Assembly: GCF_018398935.1 (NCBI RefSeq)
Contig: NZ_CP074694.1
Location: forward strand, 1,050,001-1,082,000
DNA: 32,000 nt
Source: Telmatocola sphagniphila
GTDB taxonomy: Bacteria > Planctomycetota > Planctomycetia > Gemmatales > Gemmataceae
Reading direction: 5' to 3'
This document shows, in pieces, positions 1 through 8,462 of this stretch. Every line of letters begins with the position of its first letter. Within the stretch, counting starts at the first letter, position 1. A program made the translations under genes and the position numbers. The notes beneath the pieces are model-generated. The model was not told where the DNA came from and did not search any database. It was given only the letters and a program-made list of their open reading frames with translations.

Positions 1-184
1 GCGCCACCGTGGGCTTCGACGTGCCGCACTGCTGAGCAATGTCCTTGTTCCGTACACCCGCGGCCGCCGCGAGTATGATCTTCGCCCGCAGGACCAGCCG
101 AGCGGGAGTACTTCGTCCCCGAGACCAAGAAGTCAAAGTTTGTCGTTCCTCGTCAGAAAGTAAGATTGGCAGCGCGACTTTCAT
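1..184 (-). CDS. IS630-family transposase, N-terminal HTH part only (gene runs off the left edge of the window)
   Basis: This ORF is absent from the ORF track because it is truncated. A reverse-strand ATG at 184..182 opens MKVALPILLSDEERQTLTSWSRGRSTPARLVLRAKIILAAAAGVRNKDIAQQCGTSKPTVA, which stays open to the window edge. The pattern LSxEERxxL ... RAxIIL ... IAxxxGxSxxTV is the usual N-terminal helix-turn-helix of IS630-type transposases. Confidence 0.6.
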   Translation of the reverse strand, partial: MKVALPILLSDEERQTLTSWSRGRSTPARLVLRAKIILAAAAGVRNKDIAQQCGTSKPTVA

Positions 185-336
185 GGGTTTTCTCCTTTTC
201 TATAGAGTAAACCGCAAAAAGGAGCTAAAAGTAACGCTATTTCTGAGACACTACACTAGTGCTCCCTCACAGTAATATTTTGGGATTGCGCTCGGTTCGC
301 TGACCGATGATACTGGCAGCTTAGGGAGGGGCTGCC

Positions 337-801
337 ATGCAAAAGAAATACATCGTTCGGTTGTCGGTCGAGGAGCAAGCGACGTTACAGGAGGTGATTC
401 GTCGGCAGAAGGGTTCGGCGATGAAGGTTCGCCGGGCGCAGATTTTGTTGAAGGCGGATGCGGATGGTCCGAACTGGACGGATGCCCGGATCGTGGAGGC
501 CTTCGAGTGTCGACGTCAAACGGTGGAGATGCTGCGAGAGCGTTTGGTGACGGAAGGGTTCGAGGTCGCGTTGAACGGAAAGAAGAAACCGCCGAGGCCG
601 ACGAAACTCGATGGTGAGCAAGAGGCGAAGGTGATCGCCATGCGGTTAGGGCCGCCGCCGGCCGGCTATGCGAACTGGACACTGAAACTGCTGGCCGATC
701 GGGTGGTCGCGTTGGAGATCGTCGATTCGATCAGTTACGAGACAGTGCGTCGGACACTCAAAAAAACGGCTTCACGGCGAAGTAGGTCGAGTACTGGGTG
801 A
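337..801 (+). CDS. IS630-family transposase N-terminal HTH/winged-helix fragment (intact ORF part of a broken transposase gene)
   Basis: The ORF starts at ATG 337 and encodes MQKKYIVRLSVEEQATLQEVIRRQKGSAMKVRRAQILLKADADGPNWTDARIVEAF...ANWTLKLLADRVV...ISYETVRRTLKK. The frame leaves the expected sequence at an A7 run (760-766). The expected continuation, KNGFTAK*VEYWVIPPKADAEFVAGMEDVLDVYAEPF..VVCMDEQP, lies in the -1 frame. Confidence 0.75.
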   Translation: MQKKYIVRLSVEEQATLQEVIRRQKGSAMKVRRAQILLKADADGPNWTDARIVEAFECRRQTVEMLRERLVTEGFEVALNGKKKPPRPTKLDGEQEAKVIAMRLGPPPAGYANWTLKLLADRVVALEIVDSISYETVRRTLKKTASRRSRSSTG

Positions 802-1228
802 TTCCACCGAAGGCGGACGCGGAATTCGTGGCGGGCATGGAGGATGTGTTGGATGTGTACGCGGAACCCTTTGATTCGCAGATTCCGGTGGTGTGCATGG
901 ATGAGCAGCCGGTGCCGAGACCCGTAAGCCGATCCCGGCGGACGCGGACGCATCCGAAGCGGATCGATTACTAATACGAGCGGGCCAAAACGGCGAGTCT
1001 GTTCGTGTTCCGCGAACCGAAGTCGGGTTGGCGTCGGGTGACGGCCCGGCCACGACGGACGAAGGCCGACTGGGCGAACGAGTTGGCCGACTTGATGCGG
1101 ACGCGGAATGCGAAACCGCAGCGTGGTCCCAGGCCATCCATGCGAAACAACGCGGTGTAAACTGGCAGTTCCGCACTGATGACGCCCGGAATAAACTAAA
1201 ATCGCTCTATCCCAAATTAGATGAGTGA
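337..1228 (+). mobile_element. Decayed IS630-family element (transposase pseudogene with frameshifts, in-frame stops and an internal deletion)
   Basis: Recognisable IS630 transposase segments are spread over three frames. These are the HTH part (337-766), the segment WVIPP..CMDEQP..YERAKTASLFVFREP..RPRRTKADWANELADLM, and the C-terminal segment AAWSQAIHAKQRGVNWQFRTDDARNKLKSLYPKLDE (stop at 1228). In-frame TAG (783-785) and TAA (972-974) interrupt the middle segment. The stretch that should carry the second Asp and the Glu of the DDE triad is missing between ~1100 and ~1110. Element ends were not determined. Confidence 0.8.
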
Positions 1229-1634
1229 TGGAAAGCTAGGGTGCGGACGCTTCGGAGAAGATTTTGTTCAGATTAGCCGTGCCCGCTAATCCTGGAGTGC
1301 AATTGCTCACTTTTTAAGATCAAATTCACATCTCTGGTGGCACGAAGTATATTCGGCCCCCATTGAGCAGATCACCGCTCGGCAGCCTAAGATAAAGGAC
1401 TTCAGACTCCTCATAATGGAAAACTTTATGAGAGTCTTCATTGCGCGCCCGCACTCGATTCCCTTTTGCGACTACTCTACTAACTCCGAAATTGCAGAGT
1501 TTTTACAAGCCAGAACAGGAATGCGAATTCTTCCGGATTCCACTCGCCGGTCCGTGCTCTAAAGTCGACGTGCGAATTTGAGAGCATTTTGGCTCGATTT
1601 ACCGTTTATAGTTGAAAGGTATTGGCTAATCTCC

Positions 1635-3386
1635 ATGCGAAAAACACCTCGAAGCCTCTTCCATTTCGCCCCCAAACTCGAGCCTCTGGAATCGCGCACC
1701 GTTCTCAGCGGCAACGTTACCGCACTGGTGCTCGGCAATAGCCTGGACGTTCTCGGCGATTCCGGCAACAACTTCATTAGCATTCAGGGCACGGCTCCGA
1801 ATACCGTTTCCATCAATTCGACGGATGGCTCGACCACCATCAATGGCCAGTCGGGCCCGGTCACGTTGAGCGGAATTAAAGCGGGTGTTTTCATTATCCT
1901 GGGAAACGGGGACAATAATCTCGAAATCAGCGGGGTCGATACCAGTACGGAGTTCTGGATTTCAACGGGAACCGGGAACAATACGATCGGGCTGGCCAAT
2001 GTGTATTCCGGCCGGTCCCTGAATATTGCCTCAGCAGGTACAGGCTCGAACACGATCTTTGCGGACTACTGCTGGGGACTCGAAAACCTTTTCATCAATA
2101 GCGGGGCGGGAAGCGATAAGGTGGCCGTGTTGAACTCCGATTATGGTCCAAACAGTACGGTCACGACTACGGGACAGAACGGCACTCTTTCGTTGACCAA
2201 CGATACCTTCGGGGCCAATTCCAGTAATAGTGGATTTACAAATGTGCTCACTAACGCGCAACCCATCGTGAACAGCTCGACCGCTTCGGTTGCCGCCGGC
2301 TCGAGTACGACGATCAATGTGCTCGCCAACGATCAGGCAGTAGTTGGGGCTCTCAATCCCAGCTCCGTCACTATCGTTCAACAACCAAGTGAAGGCACTG
2401 CAACAGTAAACAGCGACGGGACGATCACCTACGCCGCGAATAGCTCCGCCACGTCGGCAACGGACACCTTTACCTATACCGTGGCGGACACTCTGGATAA
2501 CGTCTCGAGTGCGGCAACGGTTACGATCTCGGTGGCTGTGAAGGCGACTCCCGTGGCTGGAGCTGTGACGGCGAGCGTGAATGCGGGTGGAACCGTTTCG
2601 ATAAATCTCAGCGGAAATACCACGGATACCGGAGGGACTTTAGATCTGAGTTCGTTGGCTATTTCAACGCAACCTTCCCATGGCACCGTGAAAGTCAACT
2701 CCGATGGAACCGTCGATTATACCAACGATGGAACCTCGAACACTTCCGATTCGTTCCAATACACCATCAAAGATACGGATGGCAACATTTCGAATGCCGG
2801 CACCGTAACCATCACCGTGAATCAGCCTCCGGTGGCCAATGCCGACACGGCGAGTGTGAACGTGGGAAGCACCGTGAGTATCAATGTCCTGGCGAACGAT
2901 ACCGATCCGCAAAATAGCCTCGTTCCGGGAAGTGTCACCGTCGTGCAGGCTCCGACGAATGGGACCGCCACCGCGAACAGCGATGGCACCATCAGCTATA
3001 CACCGAATACTTCGACGACGGCAACCTCTGATACTTTCACATACACCGTGAAGGATGCCGCGGGTTTAGTTTCGCCACCGGGAACCGTTACAGTAACTAT
3101 CAATCAGCCACCAGTGGCTAACAACGATTCTGCATCCGTTGCCGCGGGAGGAACTGTTTCGATCAATGTTGGGTCCATCGATACCGATCCGCAGAATAGT
3201 TTGAATTTGGCCAGCATTGCGATCGTGCAAGCGCCGACGAATGGTACGGCCACTGCAAATAGCAATGGAACGATCAGCTATACCAACACCACGACTACTG
3301 CAACGACGGACAGCTTCACTTACACCATAAAAGATAATGCCGGGCTCCTGTCAAACGTGGGGACAATATCCATTACGATTACCTGA
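1635..3386 (+). CDS. Large secreted-type repeat protein with an N-terminal Gly/Asn-rich beta-helix-like region and four tandem Ig/cadherin-like repeats
   Basis: This is a long ORF. I prefer the ATG at 1635 (MRKTPRSLFHFAPKLEPLESRTVLSG...) over the TTG at 1578. The C-terminal 375 aa are four ~94-aa repeats with the pattern (A)NxDxASVxxGxTVSINVLANDTDxxxxLxxxSVxIVQxPxxGTAxxNSDGTIxYTxxxxxxxxDxFTYTVxDxxGxxSxxGTVTxTI. This pattern is typical of bacterial cadherin-like/Ig-like adhesin repeats. Confidence 0.8.
   Translation: MRKTPRSLFHFAPKLEPLESRTVLSGNVTALVLGNSLDVLGDSGNNFISIQGTAPNTVSINSTDGSTTINGQSGPVTLSGIKAGVFIILGNGDNNLEISGVDTSTEFWISTGTGNNTIGLANVYSGRSLNIASAGTGSNTIFADYCWGLENLFINSGAGSDKVAVLNSDYGPNSTVTTTGQNGTLSLTNDTFGANSSNSGFTNVLTNAQPIVNSSTASVAAGSSTTINVLANDQAVVGALNPSSVTIVQQPSEGTATVNSDGTITYAANSSATSATDTFTYTVADTLDNVSSAATVTISVAVKATPVAGAVTASVNAGGTVSINLSGNTTDTGGTLDLSSLAISTQPSHGTVKVNSDGTVDYTNDGTSNTSDSFQYTIKDTDGNISNAGTVTITVNQPPVANADTASVNVGSTVSINVLANDTDPQNSLVPGSVTVVQAPTNGTATANSDGTISYTPNTSTTATSDTFTYTVKDAAGLVSPPGTVTVTINQPPVANNDSASVAAGGTVSINVGSIDTDPQNSLNLASIAIVQAPTNGTATANSNGTISYTNTTTTATTDSFTYTIKDNAGLLSNVGTISITIT
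2259..3383 (+). repeat. Four tandem coding repeats of about 282 bp (~94 aa each) inside the adhesin-like gene
   Basis: The repeat units start at QPIVNSSTASV, (K)ATPVAGAVTASV, QPPVANADTASV and QPPVANNDSASV. Units 3 and 4 are the most similar at both protein and DNA level. Confidence 0.8.
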
Positions 3387-3416
3387 CCTGTCGTTCCGCA
3401 CAAACTCATCAAGACC

Positions 3417-3468
3417 AGGAGCACTAGAGATTGAGAGGAATTCATACCTCCGCATCGCTAGTGCTCCT
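3417..3468. terminator. Long hairpin between convergent genes (candidate bidirectional terminator)
   Basis: The arm AGGAGCACTAG (3417-3427) pairs perfectly with CTAGTGCTCCT (3458-3468). The 30-nt loop contains an inner GAGG/CCTC pair and is followed by TCGATTTTCT. The hairpin lies between the stop of the + strand repeat protein (3386) and the stop of the - strand RND gene (3506). Confidence 0.35.
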
Positions 3469-3505
3469 CGATTTTCTAGATTTGGGCTCCAACAAAGCTC
3501 AAGCT

Positions 3506-6500
3506 TTAGGTCGGCACATTGGTGGCATTTGAAGAAACGGAATTCGCCGAGCCGTTGTGGTTGTGACTGGTCTCCGTGTTGCTGCCCGGCACCGGTTTTG
3601 GCGGCCCGCTCAATAACTCGATGAATCCCTGCACGGCCACGTAAAACACCGGCACGAAGAAAATCGCCAGGAAGGTGGAGGTGATCATCCCTCCGAAAAC
3701 AGCGGTGCCCAGCGCCTGCCGACTGGCAGCTCCAGCACCGGTGGCTCGAACCAACGGTACCACACCCAGGATAAATGCAATCGAGGTCATCAAAATTGGC
3801 CGGAAACGCAATCGGGCGGCTTCCACAGCGGCTTGCCGAATCGATCGACCAGCGAGGCGCAATTCCCGAGCGAACTCAACGATCAAGATCGCATTCTTAC
3901 TCGCCAGAGCAATGATCAGCACCACCCCGATCTGCGTATAGATATTGTTGTCCAGACCGCGGATCTGAACCCCGGCCACGACCCCCAGCAGGCCTAATGG
4001 TACAACTAGAATCACAGCCAGCGGCAGCAACCAGCTTTCGTACTGTGCGGCCAGAACCAAATAAACCAGCAACACGGCCAGTCCGAAGACCAGGACTTCC
4101 TCGCCGCTGACGCGTTTTTCCTGGAAGGCGATGGATGTCCATTCGAATCCCATGGAGGGCGGCAGAGTTTCCTTCGCGGCGGCTTCCATTGCGTTCAAAC
4201 CTTGACCAGAGCTAAAACCCGGCTTTGTGGCTCCGCTAATGGTGGCCGTCGGGTAGAGATTGTATCGGGTCAAAGCCAGTGGTCCCACCCGGCTCTCGAC
4301 AGTCATCAGAGTACCCAGTGGTACGCGACCGCCCGAGCGATTCCGGACTTCCAGCCGCCGTAAAAGTGTCGGGTCGGAGCGATATTGGGCATCGGCCTGA
4401 ACCCGCACCTGATAGGTACGATCGAACTTGTTGAAATCGTTGACGTAAATCGATCCCAGGTTCGCTTGCAGCGCCGCAAAAACGTCGCTTAGGAGAACTC
4501 CCATTTTTTCGACTTTCACTCGGTCGATGTTCAGGTAAACCTGGGGAACACCGGCGCGGAACGTTGAACGGATGGCCGGGGGAGGAGCAATCTCCGGGTG
4601 ACGAATAGCGGCATCAATCACCGCTTGGGTACGCTCCTGCAAAGTTTCTAAGCCCACGCCTTCCCGATCTTCAATTTTCATTTCGAAGCCGCCCGAGAAA
4701 CCGAGACCTTGAATTGACGGCGGAACGATTACGAAAATAAACGCTTCCTGAATCCCGAAGAACTCCATTTGCAGGGCCTGAACTAACGCCTGCTGTTGCA
4801 TTTCCGGGGTAGTTCGCAATGCCCAGTCGGTCCAGGTGACGAATGCCGTAGCCCCGTTAGGAGCCGCCGTGCCGTCGAGCAAGGACGTACCGCCGAGCAC
4901 GAACCAGTTTTCGAGTGCTCCTTTTTCCCGATAACGGGCACAGACTTTGTTGATGCGCTCGGCGACTTCATTTGTGCGGTCTAAGGAGGCCCCATCTGGT
5001 AACTGCACGGCGATAATCGCGTAACCTTCATCTTCCGTCGGCAGGAACCCCGTGGGTAGGGTTTGATACCACCAGCCGGTAAAACCGACCAAGCCCACAA
5101 AAACTATCAGGGCTAGCCACCAGACCCGAAGCATTATGCGGATACTCCAGGCGTAAGCTCCTTCGATCGGTCTGTAAAAAAAATCGAAGACCTTCGAGAA
5201 GATCCCGCGCTTGGCCGGCTTCAGCCACAGCGCACACTGGGCAGGTTTCAAGGAAAGGGCATTAATGGCACTAATCAGGGCCGTCGCGGCAATCGTTAGT
5301 GCGAACTGCCTATACATCTGCCCGGTAATACCGCTAAGAAACGCGGTGGGGACGAACACGGCCATCAACACGAAGGTAATCGCAATCACCGGGCCGGTCA
5401 CCTCGTTCATAGCCTTGATGGTCGCTTCTCGAGGAGCTTCGCCCATTTCAATGTGATGGCTGGCGTTTTCGACGATCACAATGGCATCGTCCACCACGAT
5501 TCCGATAGCCAGAATCAAGGCGAAAAGCGTTAGAAGGTTAATCGAGAAGCCGAAGATGTAAAGGAAGGAAAACGCCCCAATAATTGTCACCGGAACCGTT
5601 GTGGCGGGAACCAATAACGCTCGCCAATTCTGAAGGAAAACGAGAATCACAATCAGGACGAGAACACCCGCTTCGATCAAAGTTCCATAAACGTTTTTGA
5701 TGGCCGCGCTGACGAATTTCGTGGTGTCGAATGGAATGTCATACATCAATCCCTCCGGCAGCGACGGAGCGATTTTCTTCATGGTTTCCCGAACCCGATA
5801 GGCGACGTCGTTGGCATTCGAGCCGGGCAGCTGAAAGACGAGCAAGTTGGCGGCGTGAAAGCCCGACTTCGTCTCAAAGGTATCGTAACTTTGCGAACCG
5901 AGTTCGACCCGCGCTATGTCGCGCAGATAGACGATCTGACCGTTGGTCCCCGATTTGACAACGATTCCCTCGAATTCCGAAGCCTCCGATAATCGCCCCA
6001 GAGTGGTAACCGTTAATTGAAACGATTGACCGGTGGGATTAGGCGGCTGGCCGATCTGGCCGGCAGCCACTTGGACGTTCTGACGAGAAAGAGCCGCCGA
6101 CACATCCTGCGTCGTCAATTGTCGGGAGGCCATCTTGTCGGGGTCGAGCCAGACTCGCATGGCGTAGTTGCCAGCTCCTTTGATCTGAACATCGCCGACC
6201 CCTTTGACGCGGCTGAGTTCATCGCGAAGTTTTAAGTTAGCGTAATTCGACAGGAAGATCGGATCGAATTTCCCACTCTCGGAAGTAAGCGAAATCACCA
6301 GAAGAATATTCGAAGATTGCTTGTTAACGATGATGCCTTGTCGCTTCACTTCATCGGGCAGGTTGGGCTGGGCTACGCTCAGACGATTTTGCACGAGAAC
6401 CTGGGCGGCATCGATGTTCGTGCCGATTTCAAAAGTAATCGTCAACGAATAAGAGCCATCCGAAGAACTGGTGGAGGACATGTACATCATGTTCTCCACG

Positions 6501-6715
6501 CCGTTGATTTGCTGTTCGATGGGAGCGGCCACGGTATCGGCGACCACTTTGGCATTAGCGCCGGGATAGGTTGTGCTGACCACCACTGTTGGCGGCGTGA
6601 TGGAGGGATACCGTTCGACGGGTAGCCGTTGCAGTGCCACAACCCCGAACAAGATTGTCAGGATGGCAATCACGTTCGCAAAAATCGGGCGATCGATAAA
6701 GAATCTTGAGATCAT
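3506..6715 (-). CDS. RND efflux transporter, inner-membrane permease subunit (AcrB/HAE1-like)
   Basis: The product is 1069 aa. It has the classic AcrB N-terminus MISRFFIDRPIFANVIAILTILFGVVALQRLPVERYPSITPPTVVVSTTYPGANAKVV. It also has the 12-TM plus two-large-loop architecture and conserved TM4-like IGIVVDDAIVIVEN. Confidence 0.97.
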   Translation of the reverse strand: MISRFFIDRPIFANVIAILTILFGVVALQRLPVERYPSITPPTVVVSTTYPGANAKVVADTVAAPIEQQINGVENMMYMSSTSSSDGSYSLTITFEIGTNIDAAQVLVQNRLSVAQPNLPDEVKRQGIIVNKQSSNILLVISLTSESGKFDPIFLSNYANLKLRDELSRVKGVGDVQIKGAGNYAMRVWLDPDKMASRQLTTQDVSAALSRQNVQVAAGQIGQPPNPTGQSFQLTVTTLGRLSEASEFEGIVVKSGTNGQIVYLRDIARVELGSQSYDTFETKSGFHAANLLVFQLPGSNANDVAYRVRETMKKIAPSLPEGLMYDIPFDTTKFVSAAIKNVYGTLIEAGVLVLIVILVFLQNWRALLVPATTVPVTIIGAFSFLYIFGFSINLLTLFALILAIGIVVDDAIVIVENASHHIEMGEAPREATIKAMNEVTGPVIAITFVLMAVFVPTAFLSGITGQMYRQFALTIAATALISAINALSLKPAQCALWLKPAKRGIFSKVFDFFYRPIEGAYAWSIRIMLRVWWLALIVFVGLVGFTGWWYQTLPTGFLPTEDEGYAIIAVQLPDGASLDRTNEVAERINKVCARYREKGALENWFVLGGTSLLDGTAAPNGATAFVTWTDWALRTTPEMQQQALVQALQMEFFGIQEAFIFVIVPPSIQGLGFSGGFEMKIEDREGVGLETLQERTQAVIDAAIRHPEIAPPPAIRSTFRAGVPQVYLNIDRVKVEKMGVLLSDVFAALQANLGSIYVNDFNKFDRTYQVRVQADAQYRSDPTLLRRLEVRNRSGGRVPLGTLMTVESRVGPLALTRYNLYPTATISGATKPGFSSGQGLNAMEAAAKETLPPSMGFEWTSIAFQEKRVSGEEVLVFGLAVLLVYLVLAAQYESWLLPLAVILVVPLGLLGVVAGVQIRGLDNNIYTQIGVVLIIALASKNAILIVEFARELRLAGRSIRQAAVEAARLRFRPILMTSIAFILGVVPLVRATGAGAASRQALGTAVFGGMITSTFLAIFFVPVFYVAVQGFIELLSGPPKPVPGSNTETSHNHNGSANSVSSNATNVPT

Positions 6716-6783
6716 GGGTTGCCTTACAGATTATGCGTTCGGGCTTGTTCTTAATCCGCGAGCCTTCTGATTTTCCAATTCCG

Positions 6784-8160
6784 TTATTTCGTGGGTGGTC
6801 TGAGATCCCAAATGTCCGGCGTCACCGGGGCTCCGGGACGAGCTTTTTGAAGTCCTTTAACAATAACCACATCGCCCGCAGCCAAACCCTTGGTAATTGC
6901 AACAATGGAACGGGCCGAAACGGTCGTGGGAGCCGGTTCCGGCGGCGGTCCTTTGGCTGCGGGCGGCGGGGCGGCGCCTTCCGGCGGCGGTCCGGCGGGT
7001 TTTGGATTCGACTGATGAAGAACCCATTCGGTGGGAGCGGTCGAACCGGCTTCTTTGGCACGCCAAACACCCGTACCCAATGTGACCGTGCGTTTCTGAA
7101 CCATATTGTCTTTGTCCACCACGTAGACAAATTTGCCTTCCTGCCCCGTCATCAACGCATCTTCGGGAATGACCAGTTGTTCCTTCTTGGATCCGATGGG
7201 GACGCGAACGCGAACGAATAGACCGGGATAGAGCAATCGGATATTTCGCGGTTTCACAAAGGGATTTTGAAGTTTACCGCGAATGCGAATGGTTCCCGTC
7301 CCGGTATCCACGCGGTTTTCCTGGAAATCAATAATACCCGCATGAGGAAAGCCATCTTCCGAGGCCAGGCCCACCTCCACCGGAAATTTGGTGGTGTTCG
7401 GGTTTGCGGCGACCTGCTCCTGCAATCCCTTCTGATACTCGATGAAATCTCGCTCCGGAGCATCGAAGTACACATACAACGGGTCGAGACTGACAATACT
7501 TGTCAGAAGCGTGGCATCGGTCTGGCCAACCAGGTTTCCGGCCGTGACCAACGTTCGGCTGATCCGCCCGTTAATCGGAGACTTGATCAGTGTGTACTCG
7601 AGTTGCAGCTTGGCCGTATCCCGGGAAGCTTCCGCGGCCGCTTTCGATGCTATGGCGGAATCGAGTTGCGCTTTGTTGGAATCGAGAGTGGCCAGGGATT
7701 TATCGACATCGCTCTTGGAAATTGCCCCACCGCTCATGAGTTTACTGGTTCGGTCGTAATCCGCCTGCGCGGCCACAATTTGGGCTTTGGCATTGGCAAT
7801 ATCGGCCACGGATTTAGAAATGTCCGCTTCACTTTTCGCCAGAGACGCCTTGTATTCCCGCTGATCGATGAGGTAGAGCTTGTCCCCCGTCGAGACTTCC
7901 GCCCCTTCCTTGAAGTAGACCTCCATCAGGACGCCCTTCACCCGGGCGCGAATCTCCACGCTTTCGATGGCTTCGAGGTAGCCGTTGTATTCGTTGAAAC
8001 TTTGAACCGGAAACAGCACCGGCTTCGAGACCGTTACCAGTGGCGGAGGAGGGGCGCCTTGCTGACCGGCCGGTTTCTGCGTACAGCCGAAGGGTAGGAT
8101 CACCAGGGCGATCGCAAAAATTCGGTAAATCGGAAGCTTAGGCATCATTCGAGAAGACAT
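6784..8160 (-). CDS. RND efflux periplasmic adaptor (membrane fusion protein), lipoprotein
   Basis: The gene lies 68 nt upstream of the permease on the same strand. It has a lipobox, ILPFG-C, after a hydrophobic leader. It also has a coiled-coil hairpin (AKSEADISKSVADIANAKAQIVAAQADYDR...) and the beta-barrel segments typical of AcrA/HlyD_D23 proteins. I prefer the ATG at 8160 because GGAGG lies 8 nt upstream; the ORF-track start at 8175 is the alternative. Confidence 0.92.
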   Translation of the reverse strand: MSSRMMPKLPIYRIFAIALVILPFGCTQKPAGQQGAPPPPLVTVSKPVLFPVQSFNEYNGYLEAIESVEIRARVKGVLMEVYFKEGAEVSTGDKLYLIDQREYKASLAKSEADISKSVADIANAKAQIVAAQADYDRTSKLMSGGAISKSDVDKSLATLDSNKAQLDSAIASKAAAEASRDTAKLQLEYTLIKSPINGRISRTLVTAGNLVGQTDATLLTSIVSLDPLYVYFDAPERDFIEYQKGLQEQVAANPNTTKFPVEVGLASEDGFPHAGIIDFQENRVDTGTGTIRIRGKLQNPFVKPRNIRLLYPGLFVRVRVPIGSKKEQLVIPEDALMTGQEGKFVYVVDKDNMVQKRTVTLGTGVWRAKEAGSTAPTEWVLHQSNPKPAGPPPEGAAPPPAAKGPPPEPAPTTVSARSIVAITKGLAAGDVVIVKGLQKARPGAPVTPDIWDLRPPTK

Positions 8161-8229
8161 GGCAACTACCTCCATCCCGGACGAAAAGGAAGATAGGGTT
8201 GATTACATTTAATAGATATGTTATATTCA

Positions 8230-8247
8230 TGACCGACCGGTCAGTCA
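8230..8247. promoter_or_regulatory. Candidate TetR operator: 18-bp palindrome in the divergent efflux/TetR intergenic region
   Basis: TGACCGACC|GGTCAGTCA pairs at 8 of 9 positions. It lies ~70 nt upstream of the adaptor start and ~215 nt upstream of the TetR start, next to an AT-rich stretch (TATATT / TTAATAG). Confidence 0.35.
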
Positions 8248-8462
8248 ATAGTGGTTATCATTACGAGTCCGTTTCAAGATACGATTTGAACTCCCCAACC
8301 GCGAAGTGCATAGACGGAGTCCCCTCGACGAGAGTGGGTTCACTGCGGTAAGAATTTCCCTGAGCGGATTGGGGAATCGTATTGGAAATACTTGTGAAAC
8401 CGGCCTCCGGGAATCGGCAAATGTCGTAATCCTTTGAACTCGCTCGCAATTTTGGAGCCAAC

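Noticed and set aside
251-1176. Minus-strand ORFs of 143, 78, 72 and 134 aa overlapping the IS630 remnant
   Set aside because: They are antisense to recognisable IS630 coding sequence. Their products are Pro/Arg/Ser-rich and low in complexity, which is typical of shadow ORFs in GC-rich coding DNA.
1578-1634. TTG-initiated N-terminal extension of the repeat protein (MRAFWLDLPFIVERYWLIS)
   Set aside because: The extension has no signal-like character. The ATG at 1635 gives the basic MRKTPR start seen before the LEPLESR motif. It is kept only as an alternative start.
7267-8097. 276-aa plus-strand ORF (and 7442..7759)
   Set aside because: It is entirely antisense to the well-supported RND adaptor gene. 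Its composition is Arg/Gly-rich and it has no recognisable motifs.
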